This document shows positions 27,462 through 35,251 of a stretch of DNA of 64,000 bases, one piece after another; within the stretch, counting starts at the first letter, position 1; every line of letters starts with the position of its first letter. Source of the DNA: Bryobacterales bacterium. Lineage in GTDB: Bacteria > Acidobacteriota > Terriglobia > Bryobacterales > UBA6623. Position numbers and translations under genes: made by a program. Under the pieces are notes generated by a model. The model was not told the origin of the DNA. It saw only the letters and a list, made by a program, of their open reading frames with translations, and made no database searches. The stretch is from the NCBI GenBank assembly GCA_965216215.1, contig CBDCFO010000008.1, positions 534,726 to 598,725 of the forward strand, given 5' to 3'.

Positions 27462-28733
27462 ATGAAGCGAGTGATTCACTGGATGACCGTCGCGGCGCTA
27501 GCGCTGCTATCGCTGGCAATCGGCAACGGCCTGAAGGCAGAGGAACGTGAGATCAGCCACGACGAACTGGTGGACCGGCTGTCCGGGTTCTGGATCGGCC
27601 AGCTTCTGGGCAACTACATCGGCTTTCCGTTCGAAAACAAGTATGTCGAGGAGCCCATCCCGATCCTGGTGGACCGGGTCTATACCGCCGACTACGACGG
27701 GGACCCCGAGCTGATGATCAACGCGAGGGACCGGAGGGGGCACATTCCAATCCTGGCCAGCGCATTGCGGGGCGCTTTTAGCGACGACGATACCGATATC
27801 GAATTCATTACCTTGCACGCGGTAGAGAAATACGGTTTGGATATCACCTATCCCGAGATCACCCAGATGTGGAAAACCCACATCAACGACTTCATCTGGG
27901 TCGCGAACCGAGAAGCCCGCAACTTGATGGACAGAGGCCTTGTCGCACCCGACACCGGCCGCAAGGAGAACAACCGGCATTGGTTCCAAATCGATCCGCA
28001 GCTGGTCAACGAGATTTGGAGCGCCTTCTATCCCGGCATGACCAAGCACGCGGCGAAGCGTGCGCTGTGGGGAGCCCGCATCACCAACGACGACTGGGGC
28101 ACGCACCCGACCATCGCCTACGGGGCAATGATCAGCGCGGCGTTCTTCGAGAAGGACGTGCGGAAGCTGGTCGAAATCGGCATCCAGGCCGTGCCCGACG
28201 AGGGACCCTTCGCCGAGGGCATTCGCGACGTCGTCAAATGGCATGCCGAACACGACAACTGGCGTGACACGCGCGAGAAGATCCACGCCAAGTACTACGC
28301 GTACAAGAAGGGATCGTACGAAGCGCCAGTGAGCGTGGTCTCCTCGCTGGTCAACGGGCTGACCGGGGTCATGGCCGTGCTATACGGCGAGGGCGACTAC
28401 ATGAAGACTGTGGGCATCGCCACCTCGGCTGGCTACGACTGCGACAACCAGGCAGCAACCACCGGCGGCCTGATCGGTGTTCTCAACGGCTTGAGCGGCA
28501 TGGGCGAAGCTGCGGTCGAGCACACCTTGAGCCTCCCTGCATGGAGGAGGTGGGACAAACCCTTCAACAACCAGTACGTCAACATCTCGCGTGACGACGT
28601 GAAGTTGCGGACCCCGATCAGCGAAATCGTTGAGCGCATCGCCGCCGTTGCCAAAACCGCCATCCTTGAGAACGGCGGGCGCATGGAAATGCGCGATCGC
28701 GAAGTCGTCTACGTCATCAATTCCGATTTCTGA
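27462..28733 (+). CDS. ADP-ribosylglycohydrolase-family protein, secreted (second copy)
   Basis: Signal peptide MKRVIHWMTVAALALLSLAIGNGLKA. Motifs GFWIGQLLGNYIGFPFE, DDDTDIEF and SAGYDCDNQAATTGGLIGVLNG. Confidence 0.8.
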   Translation: MKRVIHWMTVAALALLSLAIGNGLKAEEREISHDELVDRLSGFWIGQLLGNYIGFPFENKYVEEPIPILVDRVYTADYDGDPELMINARDRRGHIPILASALRGAFSDDDTDIEFITLHAVEKYGLDITYPEITQMWKTHINDFIWVANREARNLMDRGLVAPDTGRKENNRHWFQIDPQLVNEIWSAFYPGMTKHAAKRALWGARITNDDWGTHPTIAYGAMISAAFFEKDVRKLVEIGIQAVPDEGPFAEGIRDVVKWHAEHDNWRDTREKIHAKYYAYKKGSYEAPVSVVSSLVNGLTGVMAVLYGEGDYMKTVGIATSAGYDCDNQAATTGGLIGVLNGLSGMGEAAVEHTLSLPAWRRWDKPFNNQYVNISRDDVKLRTPISEIVERIAAVAKTAILENGGRMEMRDREVVYVINSDF

Positions 28734-28983
28734 GTCGCGAGGGGCGAAATGGGGCCGAACCTCAGGCCCGAGGCACTTGCCGTAGGCGGTGATCGCAGCG
28801 TGGGGTGGGCCGCCGTGACAGGCATTCCCCGCGGAGGCTGGGGTCGATTGTTCTGGACGGAAAACCGGGCGGCTCGATCAAAGGCTCAGCTCTATGGACG
28901 GTGAGGGACAGGAGACATGAGCGGGGATCGACGAACCCAGGGACTGCCTTATCGAGTGCAAGCCGTCGTCATACCGTAGTGGG

Positions 28984-30243
28984 TCACGAGCGAGCACCTG
29001 CCGTGATCCTCCGGGCGATGCGGGTTTCCTCGTGGTCAAAGGCCGGTTGGTAGAGCGTGATCTCCTCGGCTGTCATGCCCGCTGCGAGGCATTGCGGCCG
29101 CCATTGCTCGTTGATGGCCGAGGTCATCCGGGACAGCTCTCGTGCCGCTGCGTCTGGTGCCATGCCGAAAATCAAACTCGCCTCAAGGGCGGCCTCGATG
29201 GAGGCTGCGTTGCCGCTGAGCTCGCTGATGCCTGTCTCCATTTGGCGCCGGCGGAATGGCTGCGGATTGATGTCGAAAGCCGGGCAGAGAACCCAGCGGC
29301 CTTCGCCGACATGGATCAGTCCGTGGTTCTTCAGGTGGTCGTCTGTATTCGAGACCAGAATCGAGAACAGGATGCGGCGATAGAGTTCGGCCATCTGCCG
29401 CCTCGGATCGAAGGCGTGAGCGCGCAAGCTGTCTGCAATGTCTGAATAGAAAGCGCCGGTGGCGGCTTCGGTTCCCAGGAACGACTGGGCGGAAAGGTAA
29501 CTCAAGCGTTCCCCCCTGCGGCGGTCGAACCGCTTGATCAAAGCGACCGGCCGATTCGTGTCGTTGAGCTCCAGGCGCGCCGAGGCGGCATTGATGCCCG
29601 CCGCTCGAGCGAGCTTCAGTGTTGCGACTTCAGCTCGTTCGACCGGCATGGAGTCCTCGTCGGACGTGAACTTCGCGATGGACAAGTCGCCATTCTCGTC
29701 GCGAATGCTCGCCTTGGGCCTGGCGCCACCAAGGGAACCTGCGCTGCCCAAGAGCTGATTCCTGTCCGATGCGGTCATTGCCTCACCCTTACCGCCGGCG
29801 CTCGCCAGGCTCCTGAGTCTCGCGAGTTCATTCAGGCGGGGTACCGGAGGATACGAATGGGCAAGCGGCATTCCGTCTTCGTCGAGGTACCGTAGCGAAC
29901 CCTGCCTGGTCAGGTCGTCCACAGCGAGCAGATAGTCGAGTTCCGTCAGAGCGCCGCCACGTGCTCTCCGGACGAGGCCGCGCCCCCAGGAATCTGGTGA
30001 GCCATCACTGACTGGCCCAGGGAGCGCGTTCCGGGGATTGACGCGTAACGCGGCCGTGTAGAACGGGGATTCACCAAGCGGCATCAAGGGCGCGATGGCG
30101 AATCCCTGGGGATTCTCGAGCCATTCGACGGCGTAACGGAACATGCTTGCCTGGCGCCTGCCGTCAGTCTCAAACACAATCTCGCCGACAGATTGGAGCC
30201 GTTCCCCACACGCGACTCGCACGCGCTTGGTTCTCTTGCTCAT
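28984..30243 (-). CDS. hipA: HipA-family type II toxin (Ser/Thr kinase)
   Basis: The N-terminal coupling domain and the HipA_C motifs LGSAGSLGGARPKASI and SNTDDHLKNHGLI are present. Confidence 0.9.
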   Translation of the reverse strand: MSKRTKRVRVACGERLQSVGEIVFETDGRRQASMFRYAVEWLENPQGFAIAPLMPLGESPFYTAALRVNPRNALPGPVSDGSPDSWGRGLVRRARGGALTELDYLLAVDDLTRQGSLRYLDEDGMPLAHSYPPVPRLNELARLRSLASAGGKGEAMTASDRNQLLGSAGSLGGARPKASIRDENGDLSIAKFTSDEDSMPVERAEVATLKLARAAGINAASARLELNDTNRPVALIKRFDRRRGERLSYLSAQSFLGTEAATGAFYSDIADSLRAHAFDPRRQMAELYRRILFSILVSNTDDHLKNHGLIHVGEGRWVLCPAFDINPQPFRRRQMETGISELSGNAASIEAALEASLIFGMAPDAAARELSRMTSAINEQWRPQCLAAGMTAEEITLYQPAFDHEETRIARRITAGARS

Positions 30244-30590
30244 TCGTTCTCTTCCGGCGCGCCCTCGCGCGCAAAGACCAAGGCCTTAGGCCTACGAATG
30301 CGTTGCGGCAGGCTGCCGACATCGAGCATCAATCCGGTGTCATCGGTCGAGACGTCGATGATCGTCCCAAGGCGATGTAGTTCGCCGAGAGCTAGGAGCG
30401 CCATCGCCACGGCCCCGACGGCGACACCGGGATCCCCTTTCTCGAGCCGAACGAGCGTTCCTTGGGACACGCCCATGCGCACAGCGAAATCCGCCACTGG
30501 CAGGCGTCGCTTCTTACGCGCGATCCGAATGTCTCGACCGAGCTCTCGCAATGCACGCTGGACGGACGGTGGATAAAGCCGCTGCCTCAT
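30240..30590 (-). CDS. hipB: XRE-family HTH antitoxin (HipB-like), stop overlaps hipA start
   Basis: IRIARKKRRLPVADFAVRMGVSQGTLVRLEKGDPGVAVG is an HTH_3 motif. Start taken at MRQRL (ATG 30590); upstream ATGs at 30596 and 30629 are possible. Confidence 0.8.
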   Translation of the reverse strand: MRQRLYPPSVQRALRELGRDIRIARKKRRLPVADFAVRMGVSQGTLVRLEKGDPGVAVGAVAMALLALGELHRLGTIIDVSTDDTGLMLDVGSLPQRIRRPKALVFAREGAPEENE

Positions 30591-30660
30591 AATCATTAGT
30601 ATATCGACAGCTATATTGCGATTACACATGATATTTAGATATTTAAATGTAGAAATCCGG
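30591..30660 (-). promoter_or_regulatory. AT-rich hipBA upstream region with tandem GATATTTA repeat
   Basis: A 70-nt AT-rich stretch in a GC-rich genome. GATATTTAGATATTTA lies at 30630-30645. On the minus strand a TATACT box sits 7-12 nt upstream of ATG 30590. Confidence 0.4.
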
Positions 30661-30894
30661 TCTGCGCAGCCCTAGTCTGACCGGTCGCGTAGAATACGAC
30701 GCAGAAGCGAGTACCTGACTCGAACCCGAAGCGCGCTCGAAGGCCAGCAAGTGCTAACCGACCCTCAAGTCTCCACCTGGAATCCCGAATCGTGTTTAGC
30801 GCGACAATGCAATCCGACTGAACGGGCGAAGACTGACAACTGCCCCCTCCGGGCGACTGTTGCAGGCAACTTCGGAATGCCCGGCGAGCTGCGT

Positions 30895-31403
30895 TCAGCC
30901 CGATAGTCGGTGCTCCCGGTCGAGTTCCGCCAAGCGCTCGATCGGCTCAGAGTACCCGGTCACATGGAAGATGTAGCGCGGCACATTCAGGCCAACGTGG
31001 CGAGCCATGAAGGGGTCGCCCCAAAAGCTGAGTAGGCATTGGGTGGCACCGGTAGCGAGGGTGTCAGCGAGAATGAACGACACGTCCTGCTCCAGACTGG
31101 TCCATTCGGGGCGGAGACGTTCTCGGTGCCATTGCACGCCACCACATTCGGCCAGACGTCGCGTTCCCACTGCGGGCGCTGTTGCTCGTCAAGGACAAAT
31201 TTGATCGCGGCTACCGACAGATTCTCGATCGCGGGGCGCAACAACGCGTCGAAGAGCGGTTGCCTCTCGAACATCGAAAGGCAGACGTTAATCCAGACCA
31301 GCTCACCGGGTGCGTCCCGCGCGTACCGCTCCAGGCTGAACACCCGCCACGCCGTGACCGGGTCGAACGCCAGGCACTTCACCAGCGCGTCCGCCTCCCG
31401 CAA
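30895..31403 (-). pseudogene. Unknown protein immediately downstream of the mazF-like gene, split over two frames near 31140
   Basis: ORF 30987-31403 (...QWERDVWPNVV) and ORF 30895-31170 (...VQWHRERLRPEWTSLEQDVSFILADTL...WGDPFMARHVGLNVPRYIFHVTGY) join plausibly. I recognise no family. Confidence 0.3.
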
Positions 31404-31418
31404 CCGCGGGCCAGGAGA

Positions 31419-31764
31419 CTACAGAGCCAGCACTCGCTTGAGCCCGGCATCGACTCGCGCCATCAGTCTGGGGGAGACCTGCCCGGCCTGGCGGGAAAGA
31501 TAGTCTTCGTCAAGGGGCACGATTTGCGTGACGTTGGCGACGGAGTCCTTCGGAAGGCAGGTGCTCCTCGCTGGCAGCAGGACGTTCCCGGGCATGTCGA
31601 CGAGCCGCGCGTTCGACCTGAGGACCACGCCGAAAATAGTTCTGAGCCTAGTCCTGTTGAAGGCATCGGCCTGAACGATGAGGATTGGGGCGAGGAAATC
31701 CGGGCTCGGAGCCACGTGGTTCTTCGAGGCTTGGCCACCACACATCGCGCCGCGAGACTACCAT
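31419..31764 (-). pseudogene. MazF/PemK-family toxin with a +1 frameshift near 31685
   Basis: MVVSRRDVWWPSLEEPRGSEPGFPRP is in one frame and ILIVQADAFNRTRLRTIFGVVLRSNARLVDMPGNVLLPARSTCLPKDSVANVTQIVPLD in the next. Removing one A from CCCAATCC restores RPILIVQ. Confidence 0.75.
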
Positions 31765-31994
31765 TCTCCGGGACCGACGCTTCGGGCCTGAGCTGTCCGC
31801 AACGCAGGACCGACGCCGGTCGACTCATCCGCGAGCACCTCGTTCAGCTTGGATGTGATTTCCTCGTCCCGGTGCTTGGCCATATACTCGGCGAGCGCCA
31901 CGGCGCACAGTTCGCTTCGCGACATCCCCTGTCATTGCGCCAGATCGTTGGCCGACCTGAAGAGCTCGTCCGGCAGCGAGATGGCTGTTTTCAT
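31758..31994 (-). pseudogene. RHH (MazE/CopG-like) antitoxin with an in-frame TGA at codon 21
   Basis: MKTAISLPDELFRSANDLAQ*QGMSRSELCAVALAEYMAKHRDEEITSKLNEVLADES...GEW*. The stop at 31932-31934 replaces the Arg expected in AQR.GMSRSEL (CGA to TGA). The ATGGTAG overlap links it to the toxin start. Confidence 0.7.
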
Positions 31995-32243
31995 ACCGTG
32001 ATCGTACAAACGCTATACCTCCGCAGTCCGCCGCGAGGATGCAGGCAAAGGGGTCAGGCATACTTTGGCTAGACTCGTAGTCAGCTCGTTCTCGAAGCGC
32101 GCAATGATTGCCATATGGGATTGCGCTCGAAGATCGAGGAGCTGGAAGCGAAGATAGTAGCGGGACTGGCGTCAACTACGCGGCACCGGGAAAAACAGCT
32201 GTCCGCCCTGCCTCTCTCCCTGCCCTGCTACGCAAATGAGTCA

Positions 32244-32275
32244 GTGAGGTGTCCCTCGTAAGGCACCGCTGATTC
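32244..32275. repeat. Inverted repeat copy A
   Basis: See the composite mobile region feature (32244-35043). Confidence 0.5.
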
Positions 32276-32491
32276 GTAATCGGTTGGATGGGGGATATGG
32301 TGGAAAATCTGACGTTGGGACACGGAAACTGTGGCGGATTGCCGCAGAGAATCGGATCTTGTTGCGGTGCTGAAAGCGCTGGGAGGGGGGCAACGCCGAG
32401 CAGGGAGCACCGCCAGCCGCAATTAGGCGCAGGGGGGCCGTCCGCCATGCCGTGACGGACCTGACTCCGGGGCTGCGGAGCGGAATCCGCG

Positions 32492-33712
32492 CTAACCGGG
32501 ATGCAACAGCAGTTGCAGCGCCTCGTCACGGTTGCCCGCGTAGTAGGTTTGCGCGTTCGGCACCGTGTCGTCTGGCCGTTGCGACAACAGCAGCGCCAGC
32601 GCCAGATTGTTCAGCGCCGCGGCGTTGGATGGACCGTGACCCGTGCGGATGCGGCTAGCGTCCTCTCCCAGGGAGACATCGCGGCGATAGTGGTTGGCGC
32701 TCTCCACCTGCCAGTGACCGCGCTGCAACGCCAGCAGGTCCTGAGCCGATGCGGCCTGCTCCGCCAGCGAGGTGATGCCGTAGCTGTAGCTGATCGACAC
32801 CGGGCTGCCCGGCCGTTGGCAGGTCTCGTGCTGGATGCGGTACGCCTGCTTGGCATGCGGGTACGGCAGCAGTTTTGGATGGGGCTTGAACACCTTGATC
32901 GAGCGCCGCTCCCAGTGTTTGTTGCGCGAGCGCTGCCAGCGCTTTTCCTGCCAACTCCGCTCCGCGCCCAGTTCCCAGTTCAGCTCCGTCAGCGTGGCCC
33001 AGGTTTGCGGGCAGTTGCCCTTGATGCGCACCAGCACCTGCCCGCCGTGCTGCTCGATGATCGCCCGCTGGATCTCCTGCCCCGCATGTCCGGCGTCCAG
33101 CGTCACCGTCCGTCCGCGCAGATCCACCTCCTCCAGCAACGCCCGCAAGGCACCCTGCTCGCCGCCTTCCTCGCGGTAGCTGCGGCTCGCCAGCGGCAGG
33201 CCCGTGACATGCTCCACCAGCGTCACTGTCTCCCAGTGCAGCCCCTCCGCCGTCAGCCGGTTCGCCCCGCGGATGCGCTTGCCGTCCGCCGCCAACGCCT
33301 GCGGCTGCGGCACCAGGGGCTGCGTCCAGCGCTGGATCACGCGCTCCAGCGAGGCCGGGTCGGTCCGCTCCATGACCCGCTGGAAGGTTGTGTCCGAGGG
33401 CGTCACATACTGCCGATCGCGCTCGTCCCAGCGGCACCCCAGCGCCCGTAACTCGTACTGCTTCAATGTCTTCGAGTACGCTTCCGCCGCCCTCCCGCCG
33501 TGCTTGCCCGCCAGCTTTGCCAGCACCAGCAGCGCCAGCACCACGCCCAGTTCATGCCGCCTCCCGTGGCGACTCCGACTGTCCTCCACCGCCTGCAACT
33601 GCGCCCGCAGCGACCGCAGTTCCGGTTCCCCGTAGCGCACCTCCACCGGCCGACAACCCCACTCCTCCCGGTTCTCCGGATCCGCCAGCCGCTCCCGCGC
33701 CCCCGCCTGCAA
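32492..33712 (-). CDS. ISAs1-family (H-repeat-associated) DDE transposase, apparently full length
   Basis: VEDSRSRHGRRHELGVVLALLVLAKLAG (DDE_Tnp_1_assoc). Also ALAADGKRIRGAN, VTLDAGHAGQEIQRAIIEQHGGQVLVRIKGN and LQRGHWQVESANHYRRDVSLGEDASRIRTGHG. Confidence 0.9.
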   Translation of the reverse strand: MQAGARERLADPENREEWGCRPVEVRYGEPELRSLRAQLQAVEDSRSRHGRRHELGVVLALLVLAKLAGKHGGRAAEAYSKTLKQYELRALGCRWDERDRQYVTPSDTTFQRVMERTDPASLERVIQRWTQPLVPQPQALAADGKRIRGANRLTAEGLHWETVTLVEHVTGLPLASRSYREEGGEQGALRALLEEVDLRGRTVTLDAGHAGQEIQRAIIEQHGGQVLVRIKGNCPQTWATLTELNWELGAERSWQEKRWQRSRNKHWERRSIKVFKPHPKLLPYPHAKQAYRIQHETCQRPGSPVSISYSYGITSLAEQAASAQDLLALQRGHWQVESANHYRRDVSLGEDASRIRTGHGPSNAAALNNLALALLLSQRPDDTVPNAQTYYAGNRDEALQLLLHPG

Positions 33713-33729
33713 CTCATAGTCGCGGTAGC

Positions 33730-34375
33730 CCGCCGGTTACCCGACGGGCCCCGCCCAGATCCGGACGTGCGCGCTAACGCATCCGGCTCCTCGCTCCGGT
33801 TATGACGGCACCCCTCTGGAACTGCCGTGCCGCTCCGTTCCGGTCCAGCATCTAACCCACCTAGGGGCTTCCCGACTCTGTGTTCGGAGCCTGGCCTTTC
33901 CTTCGCGTCTCCCGTTGCGCCCGGCCCTTCGCTCCGCCAACTCCGCCACGTGGCACTCCACGCTTTGTTCGCTGGTTTCATCACTACTATGGCCGAGTCC
34001 GACTCCTCCCCGCCGTTCATCCTCCGATCGGCTCCTGCCTTCGCTTCGGCGACCACGGCGCAACGCGCCGTGGTAACGGGGAGGGATCCCAAGTCCCGGG
34101 TTTGTACATACATGCGTGCCTGGGTTCTCTGACACCGCGGAGCCCTCCCGGACCTCACCGAATCGGTCCGAGCAGTATTGCCTTCGACCCTGATGACGGC
34201 CTCGGCACTCCGAATTAAGTGTATTTCGTTGCTCATTAGCCCTGCCCACATGCGCCCCTGCCGACGCTTCGCCCGTTCCCTCGCGGGAACGACCGCACGG
34301 CTCGGGGAGCGGTATGGATTGGTTACTTCCTTTACCACAGAGGACTTGCACCTCCCGTACGCGCCCAGGGCGCAC
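33730..34375 (-). other. Fragment resembling the DIII/DIV region and degenerate N-terminal leader of a second group II intron RT
   Basis: Across three frames: MNGGEESDSAIVVMKPANKA / VAELAERRAGRNG...RLRTQSRE / MLDRNGAARQ. This resembles the KSDSAIV..KP.NKA..AAELVE.R...KGN...RTQSR...LDRVRQAAR leaders of high-GC intron RTs. RNA-like motifs (GGTGCAAGTCC) occur upstream. There is no RT body and no domain V. Confidence 0.4.
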
Positions 34376-34945
34376 CACCAGCATCACCTTCCGCTGCCCG
34401 TGCTTGTCGGTGTACTTCCCGTTCGACCGCGCGTAGCCCTTGCTCAACCCCAGCTTGATCCAGTTCGACGCCAGATACACCGTGCCCCGATACTTCTGCG
34501 GCTCGACGAACGTCTCCGCCAACTCCAGCGGATGCCCCCAGTGCGCCTGCCAGTCCGCGCTCAGCCGCCGCAGATTCAACCCCAGCAGGCGCGAGGCCAG
34601 ATTCTTTACGCCCGTACCCTCCGGTAACATGACGAAGCGCGTGTTGTTGGCGATCAGGTGCAAGCGCTGGAACTGCACGGCCTTGTGCCAGCCCAGCCAC
34701 TGCTCACGCGGCCGGCACTGGAACACCCCCGTTTGCCAGCCCAGCAGCGCCAGCCACTCGCCCTGCCATATCGCGACATAGCGCAGCCCGCGCCCCGCGA
34801 ACTGCTTGAACCCCAACGGGTGATGCTGGTCCATCAGCGCATCCCAGCGCCGGCGCTCGTCTGGCCGTGCCAGTCGCAACGTGACCTCCTTGACCACCGG
34901 CACGGTTGCGGAACCCCTCTGCGTGTCCATACTCCATGCATACAC
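33800..34945 (-). CDS. DUF4338-domain protein; homology confined to about the first 205 codons (34331-34945), and the rest of the ORF is Arg/Gly-rich and probably not native coding
   Basis: RRRWDALMDQHHPLGFKQFAGRGLRYVAIWQGEWLALLGWQTGVFQCRPREQWLGW...RLHLIANNTRFVMLP...NLASRLLGLNLRRLSADW...LAETFVEP..YRGTVYLASNW is the DUF4338 signature. Confidence 0.7.
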   Translation of the reverse strand: MYAWSMDTQRGSATVPVVKEVTLRLARPDERRRWDALMDQHHPLGFKQFAGRGLRYVAIWQGEWLALLGWQTGVFQCRPREQWLGWHKAVQFQRLHLIANNTRFVMLPEGTGVKNLASRLLGLNLRRLSADWQAHWGHPLELAETFVEPQKYRGTVYLASNWIKLGLSKGYARSNGKYTDKHGQRKVMLVVRPGRVREVQVLCGKGSNQSIPLPEPCGRSREGTGEASAGAHVGRANEQRNTLNSECRGRHQGRRQYCSDRFGEVREGSAVSENPGTHVCTNPGLGIPPRYHGALRRGRRSEGRSRSEDERRGGVGLGHSSDETSEQSVECHVAELAERRAGRNGRREGKARLRTQSREAPRWVRCWTGTERHGSSRGVPS

Positions 34946-35011
34946 GAATGCGCGGAAAATAGCCAGTCCCGCGGCTAACTGCTTGGGCCTGAGGTTACGC
35001 CGTCGAATAAA

Positions 35012-35043
35012 GAATCAGCCGTGCCTCGTAAGGTGTCCCTCGC
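35012..35043. repeat. Inverted repeat copy B
   Basis: See the composite mobile region feature (32244-35043). Confidence 0.5.
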
Positions 35044-35083
35044 CACGATGGAAGGCTATGATTGAGGGCATTCAAGTCTCGCG

Positions 35084-35251
35084 ATGGCAGCAAGACTGAA
35101 ACTGATACTGGCAGCGCTGGCGCTCGGACTGACCCTCGGGTGTGTCGCTTCCGTCCAGGTTCCCGTTCCGACTCCGGACCCAGTCCCAGCGCCCCGGCTT
35201 CCGCCTACACTGCCTGGCTTCCAAGACGCAGGGAACGCGGGCCGGACCTAG
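35084..35251 (+). CDS. Small putative lipoprotein ORF (55 aa), possibly only the 5' stump of a gene
   Basis: MAARLKLILAALALGLTLGC (lipobox) followed by a Pro-rich tail. Below the ORF-track size cutoff, and starts 41 nt after inverted-repeat copy B. Confidence 0.3.
   Translation: MAARLKLILAALALGLTLGCVASVQVPVPTPDPVPAPRLPPTLPGFQDAGNAGRT

Larger units (their letters stand above)
32244..35043 (-). mobile_element. Composite mobile region: DUF4338 ORF + group-II-intron-like fragment + ISAs1 transposase, bracketed by an imperfect 32-bp inverted repeat
   Basis: GTGAGGTGTCCCTCGTAAGGCACCGCTGATTC (32244-32275) compared with the reverse complement of 35012-35043, GGCGAGGGACACCTTACGAGGCACGGCTGATTC, gives about 22 matches with an identical inner GGCAC.GCTGATTC. 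Whether these are true IS termini is unproven. Confidence 0.45.

Noticed and set aside
31932-31934. In-frame TGA in the mazE-like gene as selenocysteine or programmed read-through
   Set aside because: There is no SECIS-like hairpin downstream. The homologous position is Arg (CGA). The partner toxin is independently frameshifted. A simple nonsense mutation is the economical reading.
34371-34375. GTGCG at 34375 (minus strand) as the true 5' end of the second group II intron
   Set aside because: The DUF4338 homology plausibly continues through it (KVMLVVRPGRVREVQVL resembles the family's PK.V.V.PL....RE.L tail). Only about 355 nt would separate it from the RT leader, too short for domains I-III. 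I treat the intron piece as 5'-truncated with unknown boundary.
33800-34945. DUF4338 domain as evidence for a Druantia (DruA) anti-phage system
   Set aside because: No large DruB-E-like genes, in particular no DUF1998 helicase, lie nearby. The ORF is short, sits inside apparent IS inverted repeats and lies next to an ISAs1 transposase. A transposon accessory role fits better.
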